Source: an uncultured Desulfosarcina sp.
GTDB taxonomy: Bacteria > Desulfobacterota > Desulfobacteria > Desulfobacterales > Desulfosarcinaceae
Assembly (NCBI GenBank): GCA_963674945.2
Contig: CAXXWQ010000002.1
Span: 192,001-256,000, forward strand
Length of the DNA: 64,000 nucleotides
Direction: 5' to 3'
The notes below the pieces were generated by a model. It saw nothing but the letters and a program-made list of their open reading frames with translations, searched no databases and was not told the origin of the DNA. A program made the translations under genes and the position numbers. How positions within the stretch are numbered: the first letter of the stretch is position 1; each line of letters opens with the position of its first letter. Shown here one piece after another: positions 42,134 through 51,594 of the stretch.

Positions 42134-42643
42134 CTACTCTCCCGTGGCCATTGGAATGATTACCGTCTCATTGGCCGGTACCAATTGACGAAAGGTAACA
42201 TTGGCCTGGTGGAACATACGCTTGGCGGCGCGAACGGAATCGGTTTCGGCGTATTTGTCCGATAGGTACACCACCTGGCCGATGCCCGCCTGAATGATGA
42301 CCTTGGCACACTCGTTACAGGGAAACAGCGCCGTGTAGATGGTACAGCCGGTCAGGTTGCCGGGGATGCTGTTCAAGACGGCATTGAGTTCTGCGTGGCA
42401 GACATACGGGTATTTGGTTTCGTAAAAATCTCCTTCCCGGCACCAGGGCAACGTGTCGTCGGAGCAGCCGGTGGGAAATCCGTTGTAACCTACGCCGACG
42501 ATCCGTTTCTGGTCGTTTACGATGCAGGCGCCTACCTGCGTATTGGGATCCTTGCTGCGCTGTGCGGACAAAAGGGCGACGGCCATGAAATAGTCATCCC
42601 AGGAGAGATAGCCTTTCCGTTTACCGGATGATGGTTGGGACAT
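42134..42643 (-). CDS. dCMP deaminase family protein
   Basis: WDDYFM, RSKDP, HAELNA and PCNEC. Confidence 0.93.
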   Translation of the reverse strand: MSQPSSGKRKGYLSWDDYFMAVALLSAQRSKDPNTQVGACIVNDQKRIVGVGYNGFPTGCSDDTLPWCREGDFYETKYPYVCHAELNAVLNSIPGNLTGCTIYTALFPCNECAKVIIQAGIGQVVYLSDKYAETDSVRAAKRMFHQANVTFRQLVPANETVIIPMATGE

Positions 42644-42718
42644 AAGGTTTGTTTTCCTTCACCGAACTTGGACGGCTTTCGAAACTCGGTTTTTCCATGT
42701 GTTTATCAATCTATAGCG

Positions 42719-43963
42719 CTATTCCGGGTACAATGGAAAGGCATCGCAAAGAGCCTTTACCTCGGCCCTGGTTTTTTTCAGGATCGCTTCGCTTGTAAGA
42801 TCATCCAGTACATCTGCCATGAGATTGCCGATGAGCCGCATCTGTCCGGCCAGCATGCCCCGGCTGGTCACGTAGGGGGTGCCCACGCGGATACCGCTGG
42901 TAACGCCCGGCCCCTTGGTATCGAATGGAATGGCGTTTTTGTTGACCGTGATACCGGCGCGTCCCAATGCCGCCTCCGCATCTTTGCCGGTGATTCCCTT
43001 TCGGGTGAGGTTGATCAGCATCAGGTGGTTGTCCGTTCCGCCGGACACCAGGTCCAACCCTCTTCCCATGAGCGTTTCGGCAAGCGCCTTGGCGTTTTTC
43101 ACGATGTTTTTCTGGTATTGTTGGAACGGTTCTCCCTGGGCCTCCTTGAACGCTACTGCTTTGGCGGCGATGACATGCATCAGTGGGCCGCCTTGAATGC
43201 CGGGAAAAACCTGGCTGTTGATCTTCTTGCCGCACTCTTCCCGGGCCAGGATCAGCCCTCCCCGGGGCCCGCGCAGGGTTTTGTGGGTGGTGGAGGTGAC
43301 CACATGGCTGTGGGGGATGGGAGATGGATGAAGCCCGGCGGCCACGAGGCCGGCGATGTGGGCCATGTCCACCATCAGCAGGGCGTCTACGGCATTGGCA
43401 ATCTGTTCCAGGGCCGCGAAATCGAAAAAGCGGGGATATGCACTGGCGCCGGCCACGATCATACGTGGTCGGTGGGTCTGTGCCAGACGTTCCACCTCAT
43501 TGTAGTCAATGGTCTCCGTTTCTCTGTTCACGCCGTAATGGACGAAATTGAAGAGTCGTCCGGAGAAACTCACCTTGGCACCGTGGGTCAGGTGGCCTCC
43601 GTGAGCCAGGTCCATACCGAGTATCGCGTCTCCCGGTTGTAGAAGGGCGAAGTAGGCGGCCATGTTCGCCTGGGACCCCGAGTGGGGCTGCACGTTGGCC
43701 TCGTCCGCGCCGAACAGCGCGCGTGCACGATCGATGGCCAATTGTTCCGCCCGGTCCACGAACTCACATCCGCCGTAGTACCTTTTTTCGGGGTATCCTT
43801 CTGCGTATTTATTGGTAAGAACGCTCCCCTGTGCCGCCATGACCGCCCGGCTTGCGATGTTTTCCGATGCGATCAGCTCGAGATGGGAGTGTTGACGTCT
43901 CTCTTCGTCCTCGATGACGCGCGCAATTTCCGGATCTACTTGTTTGATCAATTCTATGTTCAA
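42719..43963 (-). CDS. glyA: Serine hydroxymethyltransferase
   Basis: LIASEN, KYAEGY and [12 protein letters not shown]. Confidence 0.98.
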   Translation of the reverse strand: MNIELIKQVDPEIARVIEDEERRQHSHLELIASENIASRAVMAAQGSVLTNKYAEGYPEKRYYGGCEFVDRAEQLAIDRARALFGADEANVQPHSGSQANMAAYFALLQPGDAILGMDLAHGGHLTHGAKVSFSGRLFNFVHYGVNRETETIDYNEVERLAQTHRPRMIVAGASAYPRFFDFAALEQIANAVDALLMVDMAHIAGLVAAGLHPSPIPHSHVVTSTTHKTLRGPRGGLILAREECGKKINSQVFPGIQGGPLMHVIAAKAVAFKEAQGEPFQQYQKNIVKNAKALAETLMGRGLDLVSGGTDNHLMLINLTRKGITGKDAEAALGRAGITVNKNAIPFDTKGPGVTSGIRVGTPYVTSRGMLAGQMRLIGNLMADVLDDLTSEAILKKTRAEVKALCDAFPLYPE

Positions 43964-43978
43964 TGGGACTCCTTCTTT

Positions 43979-44431
43979 TTATACCTTGTCAAATTGGTCC
44001 AGCCGGCGCTGGTGTCGTCCACCTTCGAAGGGCGTGTCGAGCCAGGTCTTCATGATTTCCAGGGCCAGGATGTCCCCGATGACCCGACCTCCCATGACCA
44101 GAATGTTGGCGTTGTTGTGGCGCCTGCTCATGGCGGCGGAGAAGAGATCGTTGCAGAGGGCCGCGCGGACATGGGGAAACTTGTTTGCCACCATGGACAT
44201 TCCCAATCCGGTGCCGCAGAGCAGGATACCCCGTTCGACTTCACCCGAGGAGACCTTCTCGGCCACGGCCTTGCCGGTCTCGGGATAGTCCATGGACGTC
44301 TCGTCGTGGGTGCCTGCGTCGATGACATCGAATCCCCGTTCCAGTAAGTCCGATTTCAGTGTCTCCTTCAGCCGATATGCCGCATGGTCGCAGCCGATGA
44401 TAATTTGTCGGGGGCTGGATGTCTCGGACAT
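43979..44431 (-). CDS. rpiB: Ribose-5-phosphate isomerase B
   Basis: GCDHA, CGTGLG, HNNAN and FEGGRH. Confidence 0.96.
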   Translation of the reverse strand: MSETSSPRQIIIGCDHAAYRLKETLKSDLLERGFDVIDAGTHDETSMDYPETGKAVAEKVSSGEVERGILLCGTGLGMSMVANKFPHVRAALCNDLFSAAMSRRHNNANILVMGGRVIGDILALEIMKTWLDTPFEGGRHQRRLDQFDKV

Positions 44432-44606
44432 GGTAAAATTCCTTTCCACGTGTCGGATCATTTCAATGTTTGTTCGTATTGCGCATCACGGATGTTTGGC
44501 AAATTGTCCGTTTGTGATGGGCAATCGCTAACATGCCTACATATATAGAACCATCGAGGACCGCAAGGAAAAAAAGGGAAGTGATTGGTATCCCACTGTT
44601 TACTGA

Positions 44607-45332
44607 TTACACTGACGAGTCCGCAAACGGTGATATGTCTTGGACCAAAATGGTACCTTCGATCACCGTCCAACGAATATTCAGGTCGTAAAGTCGTATA
44701 CCGAAATCGTTTCGACCGGACCGTCCCTTCACGGTTGCAGGACGGGGGTCTGCCGCCAATACCTGGATGATGAGATCAAAAAGCCCGGGATGCTCCGTTT
44801 CCAACCGCAGACAGGCCTTTTGTGCCGAATCGCTGAAATGAACCACCATCTCCGGGCATGGCGGATCCGCCGCAAACCCGCCGGTTGCCGTTGGAATGCT
44901 GTCGGTATAGGGCAGATACGGCTTGATGTCCAGTACCGGCGTTCGGTCCAAAAGGTCGATGCCGGACAATTCCAAACAGAGACGCCCATGGCGTCGATGT
45001 ACTCGCTGCAATGTCACGGCAGAGATGCCGATGGGATTGGGGCGGAACCCCGATCGGGTCGAAAATACGCCGATTCGCCGGTTGCCGCCGAGGCGTGGCG
45101 GACGGACGGTGGGACGCCAGGTCTCCTTTCCGATGCCGTGGAAGACGAATACGATCCAAAGGTGAGAGAAGGCCGTAAGCTCACGAAAGGCTTCATCCTG
45201 ATCATAGGGTGGCAAAATTTCCAGGGTGGCATGGGCCGCCGGCACCAATCGCGGTTGACGGGGGATGCCGAATTTTTCGCGAAAGCACGAACGTATGATG
45301 CCGATGTGGGTGAAGGAAAACGTGCTGTCCAT
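44607..45332 (-). CDS. tsaA: tRNA m6t6A37 methyltransferase TsaA/TrmO
   Basis: KFGIPRQ, VRPPRLGGN, RPNPIG and DIKPY. Confidence 0.93.
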   Translation of the reverse strand: MDSTFSFTHIGIIRSCFREKFGIPRQPRLVPAAHATLEILPPYDQDEAFRELTAFSHLWIVFVFHGIGKETWRPTVRPPRLGGNRRIGVFSTRSGFRPNPIGISAVTLQRVHRRHGRLCLELSGIDLLDRTPVLDIKPYLPYTDSIPTATGGFAADPPCPEMVVHFSDSAQKACLRLETEHPGLFDLIIQVLAADPRPATVKGRSGRNDFGIRLYDLNIRWTVIEGTILVQDISPFADSSV

Positions 45333-45432
45333 ACATGGCCTCCTGCCTGTCTTCTTTGTCATAGGGCCTACCACAGGCGCTCGCTGGGGAACAACTGGGA
45401 GATGGTCACGTTTAGGAGAGAAGCATTTTTAA

Positions 45433-45576
45433 ACGTCGGACATTGAACATCCAACGTCAAATGATGCGATCGCTTCGTTCCATCGTCTTTGCAAAATAGC
45501 ATTTTCTACAATTTCCAGGAAGGATAACAAATGAGGGCTTTGTTTAAAAATGATAGAATTCCTTATTCGACGTTCA
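45433..45576. repeat. Heptamer-flanked element, family D1 copy 2
   Basis: ACGTCGG ACATTGA ACATCCA ACGTCAA ATGATGCGATCGCTTCGTTCCATCG, with a distal inverted remnant TTCGACGTTCA. Confidence 0.75.
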
Positions 45577-45753
45577 TTAATCCGGTTGCAGACCCATTTC
45601 GCGGGGTTTCATCAAACCGACCTTCACCGGCTTGACCTTTCATCTTGACAATATGGCGTCCCTGCTCAAAATTTGGTACGATCGTGGTAACGGTACCTGG
45701 TATCCATGTCAGGCCCTTGCACGCGAAATTTTATCTAATGAGGGGAGTTCGAA

Positions 45754-46404
45754 ATGATCAATCCGGAGAAACTGCTTGGCGGACTGTTGCGAGGCTCCGC
45801 CCGGGGAAGCGGCAGAGGGTTGGGGGGGCTCGTCACCAGTGGTGTTGCCATGGGGGCATTGGGTGTCGCCATGGAGGCGGTGGAACATTTCTTGGGCAAG
45901 CCAACGGAGGCCTCCCATGCAGGCCCGACAGCCGGTGCTCCGACCATGTCCGGTCCACCACCGCCACCTCCGCCGGTAACGGGAAAGCCACCGGCATCGC
46001 CTCCACCGCCGCCCATGGCGTCGTCCCAGGAGACAACCGAAACCGACGGAAGATCGGATGCCGTGCTGCTCATTCGGGCGATGATCGCCGCGGCCAACGC
46101 CGATGGGATCATCGATGAAAAAGAGCGAGATAATATACTGAAACAACTTGAAATTGTTGCTTTATCACCGGAAGAGCACACCTTCATCGTCAAGGAACTG
46201 CTCTCGCCGGCGGACCTGGACGCCATCGTCGAAGGGGTGGATGCCCCTGAACTGGCACGGCAGGTATACGCCGTGTCCCTAATGGCCATCGAGGTGGACA
46301 CGGATCGAGAACGCGAGTACATGGAAAATCTGGCCCGCCGTTTGAAACTGGACGATGCTGCCATCGAGCAGATCCAAAACGGCATGGGGCTGAAATTATC
46401 GTAA
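45754..46404 (+). CDS. DUF533 / TerB-like protein with poly-Pro linker
   Basis: LLIRAMIAAANADG.ID..ER and QVYAVSL.AI..DT..E..Y. Confidence 0.88.
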   Translation: MINPEKLLGGLLRGSARGSGRGLGGLVTSGVAMGALGVAMEAVEHFLGKPTEASHAGPTAGAPTMSGPPPPPPPVTGKPPASPPPPPMASSQETTETDGRSDAVLLIRAMIAAANADGIIDEKERDNILKQLEIVALSPEEHTFIVKELLSPADLDAIVEGVDAPELARQVYAVSLMAIEVDTDREREYMENLARRLKLDDAAIEQIQNGMGLKLS

Positions 46405-46417
46405 GGAGGAGTTTGAA

Positions 46418-47425
46418 ATGACCCAGTGGTATTTGAGCTTTGATGGAAATCAGGTGGGCCCCATGGAGTTGTCCGAAGCCGTCGCCACGGCCCGGGAAAA
46501 TCCGGAAGGGTTTGCATGGCGGGAGGGGTTTGCCCAGTGGCAGCCCATTGCCAGCATCGCCGAACTCAACCCTTCGACAGGCGTTCCGGTGCCCGGCCCC
46601 CCACCAATGGCGGGTGGAGGCACGCGGGCGGATGAAATCGACTATACGATTTTCGGAGCCGAGATGCAGTTCGTGGAAGTGGAGCTGGATCCCGGCGAAA
46701 GCGCCGTGGCCGAGGCCGGCGCCATGATGTACAAGGACAGCAGTATCGACATGCAGACCGTGTTTGGGGATGGGTCTGCCCGTTCCGGCGGGGGTGGATT
46801 TATGGATAAGCTGCTGGGGGCGGGCAAACGGCTGCTTACCGGGGAGAGCCTCTTCATGACCGTGTTTACCCATACCGGTCAAGGCAAGGCCCACGTATCC
46901 TTCGGTGCTCCCTATCCGGGGAACATCATTCCCGTGCCCCTGACCAGTGTCGGCGGGTGCCTGATCTGCCAAAAGGATAGCTTCCTTTGTGCGGCAAAGG
47001 GGGTTTCCATCGGCATTCACATGCAAAAGAAAATCCTCACGGGACTATTCGGCGGCGAAGGCTTCATCATGCAAAAGCTGGAGGGCGATGGCATGGTCTT
47101 CGTCCATGCCGGCGGCACCGTAGTGGAGCGTGAACTCAAACAAGGAGAAGTCCTGGACGTGGACACCGGCTGCATCGTGGCCTTGGAGCAGAGCGTCAGC
47201 TTTGATATCCGTCAGGCGGGAAACATCAAGACGGCCCTGTTCGGCGGCGAAGGCCTGTTCTTTGCCACCTTGCAGGGACCCGGACGGATTTGGCTTCAGA
47301 GCCTGCCCTTTTCCCGCCTAGCCGGCCGCATGCTCCAGGCGGCACCCCAGAAAGGGGGAAGCCGGGGCGAAGGGTCCATCCTCGGCTCGTTGGGGGGGCT
47401 GATCGATGGTGACAACCGTTTTTAG
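46418..47425 (+). CDS. AIM24/TIGR00266 protein with N-terminal GYF_2 (DUF4339) domain
   Basis: WY...GNQVGP...WREGFAQW; AEAGAMMY and FGGEG repeats. Confidence 0.9.
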   Translation: MTQWYLSFDGNQVGPMELSEAVATARENPEGFAWREGFAQWQPIASIAELNPSTGVPVPGPPPMAGGGTRADEIDYTIFGAEMQFVEVELDPGESAVAEAGAMMYKDSSIDMQTVFGDGSARSGGGGFMDKLLGAGKRLLTGESLFMTVFTHTGQGKAHVSFGAPYPGNIIPVPLTSVGGCLICQKDSFLCAAKGVSIGIHMQKKILTGLFGGEGFIMQKLEGDGMVFVHAGGTVVERELKQGEVLDVDTGCIVALEQSVSFDIRQAGNIKTALFGGEGLFFATLQGPGRIWLQSLPFSRLAGRMLQAAPQKGGSRGEGSILGSLGGLIDGDNRF

Positions 47426-47550
47426 AATACCCTTGCGCTACATTACGCATTTGGCTGCGTAATCAGAAAGGGGGACGTGTCCGCGGGAGCTGAGATGGTT
47501 TTTTTGCAGCGCTGCCGGTGATTTTATCGGCGTTGTTTCCATTCTTGGTA

Positions 47551-47889
47551 TTACCGCCATTGTTGAAATCCCTCATATTCCGACGTGCCTGCGGCGGTTT
47601 TTTTCCATTCAAGCCATTGCTGATAGGATTCAAATTCTTTATGAGCAGAGCGGGCCGGCTCGTTGGCAACGGCGTCAGGAGAAGATTGTGCATCTGTTCC
47701 CTCACTTGCCGGAAACAGGCCGTCTTCGTTGGAATCATACAGCACGATTCCATCATCGTCCTTGGATATTACACCTGGACCGGCAGGGATTTCATCAGAC
47801 CGGGGCGGGTCAAATGGATTGCCTGCGCAATTCCAGGTAACGATGGAAATATAGAACAAACCAAATAACAGCAGATTATTCGTGTTCAT
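47551..47889 (-). CDS. Small putative lipoprotein, possibly with a premature stop
   Basis: Hydrophobic N-terminus ending WNC; the EYxxFQQW repeat continues past the TAA to 47524. Confidence 0.55.
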   Translation of the reverse strand: MNTNNLLLFGLFYISIVTWNCAGNPFDPPRSDEIPAGPGVISKDDDGIVLYDSNEDGLFPASEGTDAQSSPDAVANEPARSAHKEFESYQQWLEWKKTAAGTSEYEGFQQWR

Positions 47890-48091
47890 GAGATCCTTGT
47901 TGTCGAATTGATCGAACACGTATTTGCAGGTGGCGCTCCATCGAGAGCGTATCGTTATCACTGATATACATTAAAAACCAAGGAAGCGGTACACCGCTCC
48001 CGTAATCATTGCCATCGTCTATGCGCAACCGGAATGTCAAAATTTGACACGGGTGCCGATCATCACGAGATTGATGTCTTCGATGTCTGAA

Positions 48092-48128
48092 TGGAATCCA
48101 TCCGAAAACCAGCGACGGATGGATTCCA
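48092..48128. terminator. 13-bp perfect hairpin downstream of the nhaD-CGGC genes
   Basis: TGGAATCCATCCG-N11-CGGATGGATTCCA. Confidence 0.45.
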
Positions 48129-48217
48129 ATCGGAGGGAGGTGTCAATCCAAAACGATCCCAGACCCATGGAAAGACGATACTTTTGAGTAAGACAACCCT
48201 TTCTGCGTCAGATCATC

Positions 48218-48589
48218 TCAGGCGAAAATATCCTGGGGCATATACGGATGGGCGCCTTCAATTACCTCTATTCCGGCTTTTGCCTTTACTTTTCGGATGA
48301 TGGCTTCACTGTGGGGACAGTGATCCGTAATGCAGGGTGCAATATGCACACGGGTCGGTTTTTCGGCCATCGGTTTGTTCCAGAGGCTCAATTGCGCCAG
48401 TCGTGTAACGATTGTGGCTCCAGGACAATCTCCGCAGCTGAGAAGGCCAATCACTTCAGCCTCTTTCCCGGCATACCTTTCAAAGGCGCCTTTTCTACGA
48501 TTAAATCCCACCAAACATCGCGAACATCCAATGCAAACTTCGTTCATGGCTCTTTGACAACCAACAATGAGTATCTTTTCCATGGCCAC
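48218..48589 (-). CDS. CGGC-domain metal-binding protein
   Basis: IVGC..C..C.RC, GAFERY, SCGDCPG, HIAPC, HCP and GAH. Confidence 0.85.
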   Translation of the reverse strand: MAMEKILIVGCQRAMNEVCIGCSRCLVGFNRRKGAFERYAGKEAEVIGLLSCGDCPGATIVTRLAQLSLWNKPMAEKPTRVHIAPCITDHCPHSEAIIRKVKAKAGIEVIEGAHPYMPQDIFA

Positions 48590-48652
48590 TCCAATCGTTA
48601 CTGGTAAAAAGGTCGAGGCGGATCGAAAACCACAATTCAGAATATAACGGGC

Positions 48653-50506
48653 TTACATGTGACTCGCATTGATCAGCAGATGAACGATAATGCTGGCTGC
48701 ATAGCCAATGGCAATGATGGGGGTCCACTTGAGATGGGCGCCGAAAGTGTATTTCCCACGGGCTGTGCCCATCAGGGCCACACCGGCTGCCGATCCGATG
48801 GACAGCAGGCTGCCGCCCACGCCGGCCGTCAGGGTTACCAACAGCCACTGGCCGTGAGACATCTCCGGCGACATGGTGAGCACGGCGAACATTACCGGAA
48901 TGTTGTCCACGATGGCCGACAGGAGGCCCACCATGGTGTTGGCCCAGGTGGCGCCTAAATCGTGGTAAAGAAACTGCGAGACGGCTGCCAGGTAGCCGAA
49001 CTGGGCCAAGCCGCCAACACAGAGAATGACGCCGTAGAAAAAAAGCAGCGTGTCCCACTCCGCCTGGGCGATGCGCTTCATGATATCGAAATGGGCCATA
49101 CTCTTTTTCTGGTTGGTGAAATCCTGTAGGACCTCCATGGCGCCGATCACGTTGCCGCCGATATCCTTGAGCGGAAGGGCAGAAAAGGTGATCCACTTGC
49201 CGCCGTCATTCAATTCAGGGAAAAACGCGCTGGCATCGTATGTATCCTTCACGCGGGGATTTTTGCGGTAGCCTTGTTTGTAGTGCTCGCTGATCACCTT
49301 TTCCGGCTGGTAGTCGAGGATCAGGTCGGCCATGCAGGGTCTCTCGCTCGGATAAAAGGGTTTCCACTGGTTGTTGGTGCCGATCATCTCCTCGGCCTTG
49401 AGGCCGGTCAGATCTTCCATGGCCCTGTTCCAGTGGGTGATCACATGATTCGTGTCGATGGCAAAGGTCGGTTCGGGCATGCGATTCATGAATTTGTCGA
49501 TGCTCACTCTGCGTTCGATCAACCGGGTCAGTGGCTGCAATGTCATGTCGGTCCCGGTGCCGAGAATGCCGTCATAGGATTCACTACGCCCCTCGTAGCG
49601 TTTGATGTAGTAGGAAAAGGCACCCAGGTACGCCATGCCGAGCATCATTCCGGCGGCCGGCGGCAAGTGCAGAAAATTGTGGAAGCTCACGGCGGTGATG
49701 ATGGTGGCCAGAAACAGACCGATGATCACGAAACCGCCGAACTTCACTCTTACCTTCTCCTTGACCTGCTTGGGCGGTTCCTTGCCCACTGCAAGGCTCA
49801 TGACAACCGCCGGAACCAGCCAGTTGACGGCCGAGGGGACGAAAATGGAAAAAAACTCAATAAAATCAACTTTTCCTTTTTGCCACACCATCAACGTGGT
49901 GATGTCGCCAAAGGGTGAAAAAGCACCTCCAGCATTGGCGGCCACCACCACATTGATGCAGGCCAGTGCTACGAACTTGATGTTGTCGCCGGCAACGGCC
50001 ATCACCACCGCACCCATCAACAGGGCGGTGGTGAGGTTGTCGGCCACGGGCGAGATGAAAAATGCCAACAGGCCGGTGACCCAGAAGATCATACGCAGGG
50101 AAAAGCCGCGGGTGACCAGCCAGGCGCGCAGCGCCTGGAACACGTTGCGTTCTTCCATGGAGTTGATGTAGGTCATGGCGGCCAACAGGAATAAAAACAG
50201 CTCCGCGTACTCGAGCAGGTTGTTCTTGATGGCCTCGTGTGCGCTGTGGGTGTCACCGATCTTAATATAGGCGACGGCCAGCAGCACCCAGATAATACCG
50301 GCGGCAAAAAGTACCGGCTTGCTTTTACGCAGGTGGATGTTGTTCTCCAACGGCACAAGGCAGTAGGCTGCCACAAAGATAAAAATGCCCAGATAGCCGT
50401 AAATCGTATGGGTCAGATCGGCCGGGGCGGCACCATGCCCTTCCGAAGCGAAAGCGATCGCCGGCATGGCCAAAAAGCAAAAAAGCATCCGTACAATAGT
50501 TCTCAT
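48653..50506 (-). CDS. nhaD: NhaD-type Na+/H+ antiporter with an inserted PAS domain
   Basis: KSKP, ADNLTTAL, ANAGGAFSPFGDITT, DNIP and GGSLLSIGSAAGV; a soluble PAS segment at about 49100-49510. Confidence 0.92.
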   Translation of the reverse strand: MRTIVRMLFCFLAMPAIAFASEGHGAAPADLTHTIYGYLGIFIFVAAYCLVPLENNIHLRKSKPVLFAAGIIWVLLAVAYIKIGDTHSAHEAIKNNLLEYAELFLFLLAAMTYINSMEERNVFQALRAWLVTRGFSLRMIFWVTGLLAFFISPVADNLTTALLMGAVVMAVAGDNIKFVALACINVVVAANAGGAFSPFGDITTLMVWQKGKVDFIEFFSIFVPSAVNWLVPAVVMSLAVGKEPPKQVKEKVRVKFGGFVIIGLFLATIITAVSFHNFLHLPPAAGMMLGMAYLGAFSYYIKRYEGRSESYDGILGTGTDMTLQPLTRLIERRVSIDKFMNRMPEPTFAIDTNHVITHWNRAMEDLTGLKAEEMIGTNNQWKPFYPSERPCMADLILDYQPEKVISEHYKQGYRKNPRVKDTYDASAFFPELNDGGKWITFSALPLKDIGGNVIGAMEVLQDFTNQKKSMAHFDIMKRIAQAEWDTLLFFYGVILCVGGLAQFGYLAAVSQFLYHDLGATWANTMVGLLSAIVDNIPVMFAVLTMSPEMSHGQWLLVTLTAGVGGSLLSIGSAAGVALMGTARGKYTFGAHLKWTPIIAIGYAASIIVHLLINASHM

Positions 50507-50619
50507 CGCACCACCTTTCATCCAGTAAGCCAGATAAATGAGTAAATATTTTCGCCACCCAACCAAAAAAAAGGCTTCAATCTATTCCTATCAAAACGCT
50601 AGGTCAAGGAAAAATTCGG

Positions 50620-51053
50620 AGAGATATTGATTGAGGGCAAACCGAAATCGAATTGCGTTTGAGCGAGGAACGCTATCGAAGGTTCTTCGAACAAGACATT
50701 ATCGGGGACCTGTTGACATCAATGGATGGCAAAATCATCTTTTCACCACCAAGGATAAGGCGGAGGGAACAGGGTTGGGGTTTCCCGTGGTTCACGGTAT
50801 TTTTACCAAGTCCAAAGGGGGCGATCAAAGTGGCTTCCTCGCATAAAGGGACCCGATTCGACGTCTTCTTGCCCTATCTGGATGACGATGTGTCGAACCT
50901 TCTTCCCAAAATTTACAATCGATTCCCACGGGAAGTGAAACCATCGTTATCGCGGATGGCGAGGACTTCATCGTTTATATAGAAACACAGGTGCTGACAT
51001 CGCTTGGCTATCATGTCACCGGGTTAACAAGCAGCGCTGAGGCCCTGCAATAG
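50620..51053 (+). pseudogene. Collapsed remnant of a PAS-containing hybrid histidine kinase
   Basis: Across frames: LRLSEERYRRFFE (PAS start), FTTK...GTGLG (HATPase), GTRFDVFLP and GSETIVIADGED...LGYHV (receiver), with stops and frameshifts. Confidence 0.8.
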
Positions 51054-51109
51054 GTAGCGGAACAAACAGATGCGGATAGGAGCGGTTCGAGAAAATAGTG
51101 AATGTCCGT

Positions 51110-51166
51110 TTACTTTTCTCTCATTATCATCAAGTACTCTCTAATCATGTTCTTGTTTTCGTTCAT
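51110..51166 (-). CDS. Putative 18-aa small ORF (MNENKNMIREYLMIMREK)
   Basis: Canonical AAGGAGG Shine-Dalgarno 6 nt before the ATG, directly downstream of a structured element. Confidence 0.4.
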   Translation of the reverse strand: MNENKNMIREYLMIMREK

Positions 51167-51181
51167 TTGAACCCTCCTTTC

Positions 51182-51251
51182 ACCAGGACCCGGATGCCGT
51201 GGCACCGGAGACAAGGAGTTATCTCCTGCATCAAGGGCTGATGCGCCTGGT
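51182..51251 (-). ncRNA. Candidate cis-regulatory four-way-junction RNA (riboswitch-like)
   Basis: Closing stem ACCAGG/CCUGGU plus three hairpins; G-U pairs occur only in the minus orientation; loop ACUCCU(U) is complementary to the downstream SD. Confidence 0.5.
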
Positions 51252-51594
51252 CTGATTACCTCTAAGCATAACTGAAACGGTCTGTATGCGATGAATATCA
51301 TATCGTTTTTAGGTATTCGCGGGCTGTCGTCCAGCGGAAAACCGAAATTGATCTGGGTGTATGCGTTTGTACAAACTTGCCCGTGACAACTGCGCATATT
51401 AACGATTGGTGATTCCTGAAACGGTCCGTTGACAATGCCTATGCCAAGGGGTATCAATACAAAATCGTTGCCGATGATTAGACCGGCCTTGTCCTCCCCA
51501 TGGTTGTATCTTTTTGTTGCACTGCGATCGTCTCTTCTTACATGCACGGACAACCCTGCCGGACGCAAATTCGATTTTCTGGAAGGAAGGAGAT

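Noticed and set aside
44478..44526. Hairpin upstream of rpiB-glyA considered as a ZTP or FMN riboswitch
   Set aside because: No consensus motifs, and pairing is better on the non-coding strand.
51182..51251. Cloverleaf considered as a tRNA, Moco/Wco, fluoride or c-di-GMP riboswitch, or a CsrB-like RNA
   Set aside because: It lacks tRNA D/T-loop signatures and the consensus motifs of those riboswitches as I recall them; G-U pairing favours the minus strand rather than the GGA-rich plus strand. Kept as an unassigned candidate.
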